Below, piece after piece: positions 25,059 through 40,085 of a DNA stretch of 64,000 bases. Source of the DNA: Octopus sinensis (taxonomy: Eukaryota); NCBI RefSeq assembly GCF_006345805.1, contig NC_043010.1, forward strand, positions 7,626,001 to 7,690,000, given 5' to 3'. Under the pieces are notes generated by a model. That model searched no databases. It worked only from the letters and a program-made list of their open reading frames with translations, and had not been told where the DNA came from. Within the stretch, counting starts at the first letter, position 1, and every line of letters begins with the position of its first letter. Both the position numbers and the translations under genes were made by a program.

Positions 25059-25119
25059 CACACATATGTATGTATATATATATATATATATGCATATACA
25101 TATATATATATGTATGTTG

Positions 25120-25163
<44 letters not shown>

Positions 25164-25237
25164 TATGTATATATGTATATATATATATATATGTATGTAT
25201 ATATATACACTCGGAAAATTAAGAGAAGCTTACTTAC

Positions 25238-25445
25238 TTGTGTCACTAAATCCATTGCAGTTTGTCGTTAAATGAGACATGTATCCTGCTGTAGAGTTGT
25301 GCAGTCAATGCTGACTGCTGTTGTGTGCTAGCAGAGTTATATGTGGCTTGGTCTGTGTTGTTGTGTGGATATATATATGGGAGAGAGGTCTGCAGTTCTA
25401 CTAAGTGAGGTGTATCTATGTAATGTCTGTTGCAGCCAATGTCTG
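25238..25445 (-). promoter_or_regulatory. Candidate promoter and non-coding first exon of the protocadherin
   Basis: Unique, more GC-rich island with CCAAT (25436-25440), TATA-like elements (25369-25378; TATAAC at 25341, ~29 nt before an Inr-like TCAG at 25314-25311) and a strong donor CAA|GTAAGT after 25238. Inference only. Confidence 0.35.
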
Positions 25446-25906
25446 GCTGGCTGGTTGGTTGGTTGGCTGGCTGGCTGGTTGTTTTGGAAGTGGCAGGGGA
25501 AGGTGTGGGGGTGGGGGTGGAAGGAGGGAGGGAGGGGGTCACAAAAGAAAGGGGAACAAAATTTTCCTCTTCTAACACTTTTAAAAGAATGAGTCATTTA
25601 TAATTCAATGTACACAGACTTAACTCATGTTTGGGTATGCTTATTGGAATTTAATTTTTAGGTTCTAAGTAAACTTCATGTACATATATATATATAAACA
25701 TAAATATATATATATACACACGAGGAGAGAGAGAGAGAGAAAGAAATACATATGCATGTATGTGTGTGAGCAGTTAGATAGATAGATAGACATACATATT
25801 TGTGCACATGCATATGTACATAGTTATATATAATATGGTATATATATGCAAGTACATATACACACATATAATATACATACATATATATATACATACATAC
25901 ACACAC

Positions 25907-25943
<37 letters not shown>

Positions 25944-25978
25944 TATATATATATACACATATATGTATATACATATAA

Positions 25979-26030
<52 letters not shown>

Positions 26031-26046
26031 ATATACATATACATAT

Positions 26047-26094
<48 letters not shown>

Positions 26095-26522
26095 TTATAT
26101 ATATATATAATGTATCTCTTGCTCTCACTTTATATATTTTTTTTTGGGGTAATTGCATATAGAAGAGAAAATATAACTAAATTATGAAAATTTAATGATA
26201 TTTAAAGAGTATGTATCTTTTGTTTTACTTCTAATTAAATTTATCTCACTCAAGCCAGACTTTCTGAAACAGCAGCATATTACCAAGCTTTACTTATATT
26301 CAGTAAAATTTCAACCAAGTACAAGTTCACTTCTACCAAACACTCTCATGGAATATTTTGAAACAAACTTATTTTCATTGTTGTTTTTGTAGTGGTTGTT
26401 GCTGCTGCTGTTGCAGTTGTTCTTTTTCATATTAACACTGTTGTTATCATCATCAGCATCATCATTACCATTATGATTATTATTATTATTATTGTTATTA
26501 TTATTATTGTTATTATTATTGC

Positions 26523-26571
<49 letters not shown>

Positions 26572-26745
26572 TTTTGTTGTATAGAACCTATTGCTGTCAG
26601 TTTAGTTTTTACATGACCGCTTCAATTATGCTTTTATTTTATACATACATGTACATACACATATTTATATACATTTATGTACACACACATTTCTATATAC
26701 ATAAATACATACAAATATACATATATATCATACATATATGCATAC

Positions 26746-26793
<48 letters not shown>

Positions 26794-27107
26794 TATATAC
26801 ACACACAGACACACATAGATATATATATATGTACATATTTATATATGTATGTGTGTGTGTGTATTAATTACTTTGTGAATATTTAATTTCATTTTGTAGA
26901 CTCTTCTGAACAAAACCCTTTTTTTTTACATTTTTACATTTTCTATGATTATATTTGCTGCTAAATTCATAAAACTTTTATTCTATCTTTCAAGTTGACT
27001 TTTCTAATTTGAAGTATACTAGTGCACTAACTTCTGGTAAGTTTTCTATGCTCAGGACTCCAGCTAATAGTATTTGATAAGTTCAAGTGATCTATCTATC
27101 TATCTTC

Positions 27108-27188
<81 letters not shown>

Positions 27189-27509
27189 GTGTGTGTGTGT
27201 ATGTATATATATATGCTTATATATATACATACACACACCCACAGAATGAGACAGATGATTATATATATATATGTGTGTTTCTTTATTGGCCACACGGGGC
27301 TGAACACAGAGGGGACAAAATACAAAGTAGAGCTTATATACATAGATAAATTAATAAATAGATAGACAGATGGATAGATAGATATAGATATATTTATACA
27401 TGTGTGTATGCATGTGTGTGTAGATATATGCATACATATATATATGTAAATCATGTATACATACACATAGACACAAACACACACACACGTGTGTGTGTAT
27501 GTATGTTTG

Positions 27510-27542
<33 letters not shown>

Positions 27543-30500
27543 TATATATATTTATATATATATATATATATATAAATATATATATATAATATATATATAG
27601 ATGTGTGAGTGTGCATGTGCACATATGCTTGTGTGTGTGTTTACGTTGTGGTGATATAGCAAAATATTTCTATAATATAATGTTAAAGAACTGTATTTCT
27701 ATCACATTTTATCAAAAGACTATATCATTATGCAAGTGACAAGTCAAGTGTGGAAAGAAAAAATTGCAGGGACGGCAATAGTCATGAAACAAAGAAATCT
27801 GTTTGAAATATGGAGCATTTTTTCTCTCTATGTATTTATATCTACTTCATCATAAAGTGGAAATACACATTCCCATCCTTCTACAATAAATTCTACGTTT
27901 GAAACAGATCAAACAACTGTATTTGTAAAGACTTCAAATTGAATGTCAATCTCATTATGGTGCCACATATTTCAAATTGAATTGATATGTAAAATTAAGT
28001 TTAACTGCCGGGAAGAACTGACCTTGCTTTTTCTGGAAGCATAAGTTCAGTCAACAAGATGCAGCTAAATAGCTCTGTTTATAAACTAAATTCTTGTATT
28101 TCTTTATTTGAAATTTAAAATTTCCACAGCAGCACATGTTTGGAAGTAAAGTATAAAGGAAAAATAGCTATTTAATGATTTTATTTAATATCAACGCTAA
28201 TTAATTGCCGCAGATGTAAGAGAGCATGAATTATTTTTATGCCTCCCTACTCTGCTGATGCTAAAAACCTTTGCGTTTCATCTTTCTGGGGATTTGATAT
28301 AAATATTATTTTCTTGTTATTTAGCCACCGGTCAGCTCTCATTTGGTAAATCCATGGTCTAAGCTCTCTTAACTCTGATGATCCCAACCTTATGTAAATC
28401 TCAGAGTACATCGTCAAACATATCCTTTTTATGAAATGGTAAAGAAGATGTGGCTTTTAACTTTAGCTGCTGGATCAACTGAATTACGACATTCCTACTG
28501 AATCACAATTAGTATCTGTAGGACCACTAGTTTGAATGAATTAACTAAACATTCATTACTACAAATTTAGACTTGTGTCTGATCAAACATCAAAATCAAC
28601 ACAGGATACAGTTTCAGAAACTGCTTTCCTGAAAACTTATAATTGTAAGAAATGGTTCTTCAAGAGGCAAGCATTCAGAAATATATAATAAAAAAAAAAG
28701 TGATTGTATGCAGCATGTAAATATAATCAGTAATTGTATATAAATCAACTCTATTACTACTTCAAACCAATCAACAGTCTTCACATTGTTGTTCATGTTA
28801 TTGTTTCACTTGTGGCTAATTCATTAAAAAAAAAAAATTATCGTCATTAGCAACAAAAAGGACAATCATACTCATGTAAGGAAAGATTCATTTCATTAAT
28901 GTTTATAATAATAATAAAGTTTTTAAGTTGAACATGCTAATTTCAAGCATTAGGTTTCTGAAAATGGTATTGTTATCAAATATGTATATTAAAGAACATT
29001 TATGAGAAAATTTGCTAACTGCTCTAAGACAACTGGAAAATATATCTTTCAATGAAGGATGTAGACAAAAACAATGTCTTGTCTTTCTTCACAATTTCTA
29101 ACAACTATTCATCCAATATGAAAGAAATTAGTAAAGAAAACTAAAAGACAGTCTTCACATGTTAATAAAATACTATTTTTTTAATGTTTACTTCAGAAGT
29201 AATTGTTTTATTACCTAAATATATATATATATATTTGTTTTTTAGTGTAAAAAGCAAACTAAATGCATTTTATTTGATATAATAAAAATTAGTTATGCGT
29301 TCTTGTTTAAAGTAATGTTTTATCGTATGAAAATAAGAATGGTTTTGAGACAAATATCAGCTTCAAAGAATTAAAAGAGACACAAGCATTTTGATAAAAA
29401 AAAAATGGTATCTGAAGTAAGTTTTATATAATCCACTTAATTCATCTAGAAATTACTCAAGTAAATGATGGGGTTAAATAGGAATATTTTTTATGACTTT
29501 TAGAGAATTTAAGATAATCCATAGTATTAATGGCAAGGTGGGGAGGCGAGAAAGAGTAAAAGCAGAATGAATAAAGAAGAACTTGTGGAGAAAGAGAGAA
29601 AGGAAATTGTGTTTTAATCTATTGTATATAATATCTATATAGTTTGTAAAGTAAGAATCTCTCATAATCTTCGTCCAAAATAAGAAGATCCGGATACTGT
29701 TTTTAACCAATTTATCCTAGGATGATAAAAATGAAAAAAAAAGTTAAGTTGATAGATATCTTTTTTTTTTATCTAGGAATACTAAAATATCCAAGTATTC
29801 AGAAATTGTTGGATATATAATTAAATATATAGTAATATCAGAGGCAAACATTTTCAAACAATTTTTGAATTGAATGATATAAACAAATAAAATTGTACTA
29901 AAAATTTCTTTCTTTTAAGAAATGTATACTGAACCAACTGAAAACTTTGCTTTAATATTACATTGCTTATTTATAACCTATACTTTTGTTTTCATAGTTA
30001 TGGTTAATGTTTCCAGAGTTTCCATAGCTAGAATTCTGAGTTGTAGATTATGTCTTAAAAGATTAATAAATGAATTAGGGTATGAATGGTAAGCCTCAAA
30101 CGCCATCATAAACAGGAATAGATTTACTTTTAGCCATGTAACGAAATGCAATAAAAATATCAAGGCAATATGATTTGATATATTTTCACCCAATGTTATT
30201 AGTGTTCTCCAATAAAGCAAATAGGAATGTACATCTGTTCATGAATCACATTGCAGGTTAGGGCGTACATTTATGAGTATTAAAAGCACCTAGCTACAGA
30301 TATTGGTCTCGTTGCTTGGCCACTAATGAACAACTTTCGACTATAAATGAAATCTCTGAACGTTGGAAAGGAGAATTCCATACGTAAGTAATTTGAGGTG
30401 GGGAGTTCAGGAGGAGTCATCAGCTGTACAAAGATTGTGTGAGATCTATACTTCTGCAAGACCAACCAATAATTAAAAAAATAAATAAATGAATGAATGA

Positions 30501-30802
30501 ATGAAAGAAGTAAAAAAAAAAAAGAAAATATAGAATAAACAAAATCTGTTGAGGAGTAATATTTCAAGTGTTGAGGTATCTATATAGCTATGTATGCATG
30601 AATATATGTATGTATATATGCATGTATGCATGTTAATGTATGTGTGTAAATATATACATTATTGATACATGTTCATATATGTGCATATGAATGTATGTAT
30701 GTATGTATGTATGTATGTATGTATGTATGTATGTATGTATGTATACATACACACACACACATATATATACATATATATAATATATATATATATAATATAT
30801 AC

Positions 30803-30850
<48 letters not shown>

Positions 30851-32060
30851 TATATATATATATATTATATATATATATATATACTTACACACATACATAC
30901 ATTATACACATACAAACACACACATATATATACACATGTACACACACATGTGAAGCAAATATTATGATTGAGAAATAATAGAAAGATCAGGAGAAAAGTT
31001 GGAAGAAATAATAAGAGAGAGATCTAAGATAAATTACCATTATATACTATGTTCACAATTCTAAATTCTAGCTGCTTTTGAAATGTCTGCTACATCAAAT
31101 GATGAGACTAAATAGAAAATGCTGCTGGCATAATCATAGATTCCAGATTACTACCTATTACTTATTTAAATGTAAGTGGTAAAGATTTTGAGCGGCTGTA
31201 GGAAATTATGAAAATATGCATTTAGAAACTCTTAACTTGCTAATTAAAGAGAATTTCCTTGAAGATGATATAATTTATCTCAGAAAAAGAAACTCTTATC
31301 TCAGTGAAACCAATTAAAGAAGTTTTATGTATCCAAATAACATTACTGTTGACAATAAATTAGATCTACACCAAATTAGCAAATGTCTGTTAAAAATGGA
31401 AATATCACTGGTTGAAACATTTTTTCTATCTACACTGGAAACTGTGTTTTGATGTATATGTCAATGTGTATGATCTATATGTCTATGTGTGTATTGTGTA
31501 ATGCTTATGTGTGGCATATTATGAGTGTATGGTGTATATGCCTATGTGTGTATGATATATTATATGTGAATAGACATTTTTTTTTTTTAAATAAATATAT
31601 ACATAAAAATGTATTTATTTACATAAGTATGGTGAATATACATACATACATATACATTATACATAAATATACCTATATCCATATGCATACATTGTCACAT
31701 GTGTATACATGTGTATACATATATGTTTGTTGTGCGCATAGATGTGTGTGTAATTCTCACTCACCACACATTCGTATACAAATAAAATCCATTAAGTTTT
31801 CTTCTATTTTTGACTTTATTGATTTTTTTTTTCTAAAATTCATCTAAATTAATTTACAGATAGCTTGGTGGAAATAATGTTTGTTTAAAGGCTCTCAAAA
31901 CAGTTTTAATGTATATTTGTTAACTTACACATAGCACCCGTATACTGCGATAAACAAGCATTCATTTTAAAGCCTTTTCAGTTTGCTCTCATTAAAACTA
32001 TCAAAGAAGCTTTATAACACATTTGTAATCCTTATTTTTCAAATAATTACTGTTATCATT

Positions 32061-32335
32061 TTAATTGTTTGAGTTGTTTGGAAGTGCAGGAAGAGGTTTT
32101 GAGACATTGAAAGTGTTTCTTGTAGGAAGGTCCCAAGGTTGCAAGACTAGTTTACAGTTTCTACTGCCAACTGAGGTAGGTATTTGGTTAATATCATCAC
32201 TGTATATATTTTTATTTATATTAGAATGAAATGTATGTCTAGCACTGCTGCACGTATCCAATTGTCTGGAAGGAGTTTGAGGTAAAGAATTTCCATACGT
32301 TTTCAGGAACTTTTCCATTTTGCAAGAATTAGGAC
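32061..32335 (-). CDS. Probable terminal coding exon (cytoplasmic tail with PxxP motif), likely of an upstream tandem protocadherin
   Basis: Acceptor TTATTTACTTTTGTAG|GT, phase 1; open ~91 codons (G)PNSCKMEKFLK...QPWDLPTRNTFNVSKPLPALPNNSNN*; followed by long AT-rich unique UTR-like sequence. The protocadherin link is recalled/inferred, not searched. Confidence 0.55.
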
Positions 32336-32651
32336 CTACAAAAGTAAATAACAACAAGTTGTTGATTTTTTTTCTCTTCTTGTTTTTGGCAATAATCACA
32401 ATTTTTTTGAATCTCAATATTAAATTTTATTTTTTACAATTTCGCATTAGTTTAAGTGTGTGTGGTGTGTGTGTGTGCATGCATGTGTGTAGTGTGTGAG
32501 AGAGAAAGAAATAGAGAGGAAGAAAGCAAGAGAGAGAGTACATGTGTATGTGAGACAGGGTATACCAGTAATTACTGGATAAAAGTGGAATACATATACA
32601 CAAGATTGTGAGTGGATATGGAAGAATATGAATGCATAAAACTGAGTACAC

Positions 32652-32684
<33 letters not shown>

Positions 32685-33108
32685 ATATATATATAATATA
32701 TATATATGTCTGAGTATCTGCAAAACTGTATGTGAAGGCACATGGAAGGAAAGGTCAAGAAAAGAGAGGGAGAGAGAAAGGAAGAACAAGAAGTTGATAG
32801 AAAAGGAAAGAGGGAGAAAGAAGGAATATGATTGCGTTTTGAGAATTTGAATATTTGGATCTGTTTTGGTTGATATATTTAGATTTATTTTGTACAATAT
32901 GTAATTTTATGCTACAAAAATAATTTCAAGTTATTTACCACTTAAACTATTTTACTTCATGTCAAATTAATTACGGTAAACTGCACTAAAACATTTTCTT
33001 TTCATGAACAGATTTTTATTTTTCTATTTATTATTTCATGCTTACCTAAATCCCCAACATTTCTTTTTCACCAATTTTGCTTTCCCAAAAACTATATATA
33101 TATATATA

Positions 33109-33198
<90 letters not shown>

Positions 33199-34223
33199 TA
33201 TACATATACATATATATATATATAATATATATATATATACACACACACACATATATATATATACATACCTATATATATATATACATATGTAAATATATAC
33301 ACGCACATATATATATATACACACACATACATTCTTTATATATTATACACAATATGAATACACATACATTCACAACCAAATAAGTTCCTCAGTTCTTCAG
33401 TTAGATTTAGTCATCAAATCCAAGACCATGCTGGAGTACCACCATTATACATAAATATATTTACATATCACTTGTGTTCTCAAATCAAGTACTCGGCTGA
33501 GTATAAACCCACATCATATTTGCTGTTTGATATGCATAACATACACATTGGGATATCTATAATGCAACACTAAAAGGTTTATTTCCTGGCATGTTACAAA
33601 ATCTGCATAAGAGAATTCGTATATAGCTCTCTAGTTTCACCTCAACAGAATAAAATTATTTCAATAATTCAAGAAAAGCCATTCCATAGTAAGACCACCA
33701 CCACTTTTAAGCTCTCAGAATAAAATTGTTTGTGAATTCTAACTGAGAATTAAGGAAGGAAAATGTGATGATAGAAAGAGGGAGAACAAAGAAGCGAATA
33801 ACTTGGAATATAACAAAATCTGAAATAAAGACAAAATATGAAAACCAAGATTGTATTTGGCCACCAGGTTTGATTCTCAAGAATAAAGAGTTTAAATCTT
33901 ATCTTTGAATGAAGTCTTAGATAGATTCCACCAAGGAATTGGTACTGTGTATTTCTGGCTTAGTTTTAAATGAAGATACTTTTCAGTGTCAAAATTTCAA
34001 TCTTCTTTTATTCACATTCATTTATACACAATATTTGAAACCCTACTATATTTGTATTTAGTATGCAGAATACTCTCATCAGGTATACTCCCTCGGGTCA
34101 TATTGTTGACATACATAATCAACATCATTATGTCCCTCTCCTTTTCTTTCTCTCTCTCACTCTCTTCATATGCACATGTATATATAAATATATATACACA
34201 CACACACATATACATATCTCTTT

Positions 34224-34437
34224 CTCTTTTACTCTCTTTTACTTGTTTCAGTCATTTGACTGCGGCCATGCTGGAGCACCGCCTTTTAGTCGAGCAAAAA
34301 TCGACCCCAGGACTTATTCTTTGTAAGCCTAGTACTTATCCTATCAGTCTCTTTTGCTGAACTGCTAAGTAACGGGGACATAAACACACCAGCATCGGTT
34401 GTCAAGCGATGTTGGGGAGACAAACATAGACACACAA

Positions 34438-34471
<34 letters not shown>

Positions 34472-34633
34472 GTACGACGGGCTTCTTTCAGTTTCCGTCT
34501 ACCAAATCCACTCACAAGGCATTGGTCAGCCCGAGGCTATAGTAGAAGACACTTGCCCAAGGTGCCACACAGTGGGACTGAACCCGGAACTGTGTGTTGT
34601 AAACAAGCTACTTACCACACAGTCACTCCTGCC
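34224..34633 (-). mobile_element. Family A SINE, full length
   Basis: Reverse complement of the 7355 copy. Confidence 0.92.
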
Positions 34634-34714
34634 ACTATATATATATATAATATATATATATATATATAATACATATATATATAGATATATATATATATAT
34701 ATATATATCTACAC

Positions 34715-34776
<62 letters not shown>

Positions 34777-35940
34777 ATATATATGTGTGTATGTGTGTAT
34801 GTGTGAGTGTGTGTATGTATGTATATGTATATATATACACATGCATATATTTCTATACACACAATAAGGACCACTTGGACTGCTAGAAATAACCACTGAT
34901 TCTCTATTAGTCACACCTTATATATAAAAAAAAAAGGTAACTTTCAATAATATTATCCCATAAACATTACATCTGGGATGGTCATGGTTTGACTGTCTTT
35001 AATCATAAGTCTGCTGAGTACAGACACCGAACATATGGCTCAATAAAAATAAGAATCTCAATTATATATATGTCCAACTGTTTTCTGATAATACAAACAG
35101 TCTTCTTGCCAAACCCAATATTAATAGATTGATAAAAAGAAAATATTTGGTTTCTTCGTATCACGGCAGAAAATATCTTATGCCTGAACTCAAGTTTAAA
35201 AGTGTAAGCTGATGTAGCTGTAACACCAGTATGTCAATTTGCAACTTAATATAACTTGGGACTACAGAGTACATCTGTTATATTTGCAATGTAATATATA
35301 TGGAAGCCCATCCCTTTAACAGGTATTTCTCTCAAAATGTATTTGCAGCTTTGTAGGCAAGAAACAAAAAAATACAATAATAATAAAAAAAATCTTCAAA
35401 GTTTGGAATACTTCACCAATTCATGCCAATAAACTGCATTTCGTCTGCATTCACAACAAATGCAATGTGACGAGCGAAGAGAACACATAGTTTTCATGAA
35501 ATTTACAGCTAAAAGCACACTCTGCAGCCATGTGTACTGCTTGGCTTCAAAACACATCTCAAGTGAACTTAGATTACTTCACTTCTTCACTCAACTTAAA
35601 TGTTTTCTAGCAAGATTTCTGTCTCAATCTGAATGTATTTTCCAAGGAGAAATTTCCTAATGATAATAACGCACCTTTGCATATTTCCTGCCGTTTCTCA
35701 AAGACATCAGACAATCTCAGAATCTTTGAGCTACATATCAAACTGATCATTTCAGATGACAGCTTCACTTCTCTCTAATTCATTTTATTGTACTTAATAA
35801 TATCTTCATGTAAAATCAAATGTTCATCAACTATAATATATGTATACAACATTATAACTGAAGCAATTTTCATTTTCAGTCAGCATACAAAAAAAATTAA
35901 TGTATAAATTCATGACATTAAATTTAATAATAATGTTGTG

Positions 35941-36460
35941 GCCTAAGCCAAGGGTGTGACCAGCCCACTTATGTGTACCTTCCCTTCACTGGACACTGCT
36001 CTTGAAGACCTGTTGAGGCAAGTGAAATAGGAATTGAAATCAAATTTGATGACTGGCATCCATGCTAGTGGAGCACTAAGAGCACCATCCGAGCGTGATT
36101 GTTGCCAGAGCAGCTAACTGGCGTTCGTGCCAGTGGCATGTAAAAAGCACCATTCGTGCGTGATCGTTACTAGCGTCACTTTCCTGGCACTTGTGCCGGT
36201 GCGCAGGTGACACGTAAAAAAAAAACATGATTTTTCCATGGCTGCAGCCAGTACCACCTGACTGGCCTTCATGCCGGTGGCATGTAAAAGCACCCACTAC
36301 ATTCTCGGAGTGGTTGGCATTAGGAAGGGCATCCAGCTGTAGAAACTCTGCCAGATCAAGATTGGAGCCTGCTGCAGCCATCTGGTTCGCCAGCCCTCAG
36401 TCAAATCGTCCAACCCATGCTAGCATGGAAAGCGGACGTTCAACGATGATGATGATGATG
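35941..36460 (+). mobile_element. SINE-like retroelement family D with internal ~65-bp tandem modules and (GAT)n tail
   Basis: 3' end GGAAGGGCATCCAGCTGTAGAAACTCTGCC...AACCCATGCTAGCATGGAAAGCGGACGTTCAACGATGATGATG; repeated GCC.GTGGCA.GTAAAAAGCACC blocks. Confidence 0.8.
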
Positions 36461-36565
36461 TTATGAGGTGATACATTTACTTAGAATTATGAGTTGTTTA
36501 GCTCAATGAGGTAAGAGGAAATATACAAACTACCACAAGTTGTCAAGGGGACAAACACAAAGCTA

Positions 36566-36638
<73 letters not shown>

Positions 36639-37114
36639 GTGTATATATATATATATATGATAGACTTCCACACAATCTCCATCTGCAAAATTCTCTTATA
36701 AGACATTGATCAGTCTAGGACTATAGCAGAAGATGCTTGTACGAGGCACCACCCAATGGGACTGAACCCCAAACCCCGTGGTTGCAAAGTAAGCTTCTTA
36801 AATACATAGCCATGCCCATGCCATCCATTTTTTTTTTTATTCTGAGGCTATGGGGTGACAGGCTTAATCTTCCACCCTGTTAAACACTACAACCCAGGCT
36901 TGGGTGTCTTTAACAGAGATCCCTTTTCCATGTTTGCATGAATTGGACAGGATTTTGTTGAAGTGGGTTTTCTATGTCCAGATGTCCTTCCTAGTGGAAA
37001 CCTTCACCTGTTTCCAGATAAGGTAATATTTTTGCTATAATCAAACATGTTTCCACAAAAGATTGGGAACGAAACGATGTTGTTTGCATTTACATCTATC
37101 ACATGATATCAATA

Positions 37115-37361
37115 CATCATCATCATCATCATCGTCATTTAGCGTCCTTTTTCCATGCTAGCATGGGTTGGACGGTTCTACTGGGGTCTGTGAAGCCGGA
37201 AGGCTGCATCAGGCCCAGTCTGATCTGGCAGTGTTTCTACAACTGGATGCCCTTCCTAATGCCAACCACTCCGCGAGTGTAGTGGGTGCTTTTTACGTGC
37301 CACCCGCACAGGTGCCAGACGGAGCTGGCAAATGGCCATGAACGGATGGTGCTTTTACATG
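37115..37361 (-). mobile_element. Family D element, 5'-truncated
   Basis: (CAT)n then TTTTCCATGCTAGCATGGGTTGGACGG...TGGATGCCCTTCCTAATGCCAACC. Confidence 0.8.
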
Positions 37362-37691
37362 GAACAGAAATACAAGGAACAGAAATACACACACATATAT
37401 CAGACAGGCTACTTTCAGTTTCCATCTACTAGATACATTCATAAGGCTTTTGTCAGCCCAGGACTATAAGAAGAAACACTTGCCTAAGACGCAACACACA
37501 CAGATAGAACATGGAACAACGTGGTTGTAAAGCAGATCTCTTACTGCACAGCCATGCCTGCACCTATAACGAGTACTTTTTTTCAATTGTCAACCATGAA
37601 ACATTATGCACCTGAGCACTTCTTAGGAGAATAGATAAAGGTGTAGATAGTTTACAAATGATGAGGTATTGCAAAGTATATAAGACTCTCT

Positions 37692-38122
37692 CTTTTTACT
37701 CTTTTACTTGTTTCAGCCATTTGACTGTGGCCATGCTGGAGCACCACCTTTAGTTGAGCAAACCGACCCCAGGGCTTATTCTTTGTAAGCCTAGTACTTA
37801 TTATTCTATCGGTCTCTTTTGCCGAACCGCTAAGTTATGGGGATGCAAACACACCAGCATCGGTTGTCAAGCGATGTTAGGGGGAGGGACAAACACAGAT
37901 GCACAAACATATACACATACATACATACATATATATATATATACATATACATATATACAACAGGCTTCTTTCAGTTTCCATCCACCAAATCCACTCACAA
38001 GGCTTTGGTCAGCCCGAGGCAATAGTAGAAGACACTTGCTCAAGGTGCCATGCAGTGGGACTGAACCCGGAACCACGTGGCTGGTAAGCAAGCTACTTAC
38101 CACACAGCCATTCCTACGCCTA
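37692..38122 (-). mobile_element. Family A SINE, full length
   Basis: Reverse complement of the 38610 copy. Confidence 0.92.
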
Positions 38123-38609
38123 TGGTGAAGAAAATCAGCTGGTGGTTTATTTAGGTCATGAAAATGTAATATAGACAACATTATCCAACTTGTCCTTCTT
38201 TAAGATGATGTGATGTTATTGACAGCTACATAGAGACTGCCTCATTGATTTGACAGCCAATAAAATGTAATAATTCTGAAGTTATTTTATATTGCATTCA
38301 GCACTTGAGTCCTTCAGTTCTTTAAGCTTTCTGTCAATAAGCATATTTTGAATTTGTAGGCCTGATCTATTCCTTCTTTTTAGTCCTTTATATTACAGTG
38401 GCTTCAAGCCTTGTTTGGGAAAAAATTGTTAAAAAGAAAAACAAAAATGAGAATGAGAACAACGGTTGTTGGTTGCAGTTTTTCCAGTAGACAAAGCATT
38501 GGTTCACTGCATATTCAATAATAAGGGTGATTAGGAATAATTTTTGCCAGTTGGGCGGAATGAATATTACTCGTTATTTTTGAGGTTTCTTAAAAACAAA
38601 AAAGTTTAT

Positions 38610-39019
38610 AGGCATAGGAGTGGCTGTGTGGTAAGTAGTTTGTTTACCAACCACATGGTTCCGGGTTCAGTCCCACTGCGTGGCACCTTGGGCAAGTGTC
38701 TTCTACTATAGCCTCAGGTCGACCAAAGCCTTGAGAGTAGATTTGGTAGATGGAAACTGAAAGAAGTCCGTCGTATATATGTATGTGTATATATGTGTGT
38801 GTATATGTTTGTGTGTCTGTGTTTGTCCCCCCTAGCATTGCTTGACAACCGATGCTGGTGTGTTTACATTCCTGTAACTTAGCAGTTCGGCAAAATAGAC
38901 TGATAGAATAAGTACTGGGCTTACAAAGAATAAGTGCTGGGGTCGATTTGCTCGACTAAAGGCAGTACCCCAGCATGGCCACAGTCAAATGACTGAAACA
39001 AGTAAAAGAGTAAAAGAGT
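38610..39019 (+). mobile_element. Family A SINE, full length
   Basis: A-box/B-box head, CCTTGGGCAAGT, (AAAAGAGT)n tail. Confidence 0.92.
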
Positions 39020-39708
39020 TATCAATTTAATTAGGAAGATTATCATAAACATTTCATAGTTACCCTAATATCACAGTTTTCATTTTACTTAATTACAATG
39101 AAAACTTCTTAACTCATTACTCGGTTGCCCACTTTAATCATAAAGCTAAAGACAGTGCTCCAGTATGGCCATAGCCAAGATGGTTTAAAACACACTGAAG
39201 AACTATATTCGTGTGTGTGTGTGTGTGTGTGTAGTATTTTCAAACATAGAGAGAATATGACAAAAACATGAGGAATGATTTATTTTCATTATTTGAAGAT
39301 CAGTGCAGCTACAAAACTTGAAATACATTTAAAATACATTTAACTTACAGCAATTTTAATGTTCATAAATATATTTCGAAAAAAAAAAAACTGGATTGCA
39401 AAGATTGTTAAAGAATGTCAGTTATGGTTCACAAAACTCCAACAGAATATTCTTAAAAGATGCATGAGTACAATATGCGAAAACAGCAAGAAGTTTTGAA
39501 ATAAAGTTAAAATGAACATGCTCCTATGTTGCCATATATTATCTTAATTTGATTATAGCCTTATATGTAACAACGCAAGGGAGTAGATGTCTTTTCAGAG
39601 ATGTGTATGAGATAACAATTTTCTTCTACTAGAAATAGAACTTGCATTTTTTTTTTTATTTATGTCTTTAGAAAAATCACAGCGAAACTGAAATTGTTTA
39701 AGAATCTC

Positions 39709-39743
<35 letters not shown>

Positions 39744-39757
39744 ATATATATATATAT

Positions 39758-39793
<36 letters not shown>

Positions 39794-39950
39794 ATATATA
39801 TATATATATATAAACATATATATATATACATATATATATATATAACATATATATATATAAACATATATATATATATATATTCACATAATATATGTTGACA
39901 CAACTATACATACACACACATATATGTACATATATACATAAATTTGTTTA

Positions 39951-40022
<72 letters not shown>

Positions 40023-40030
40023 CATATACA

Positions 40031-40085
<55 letters not shown>

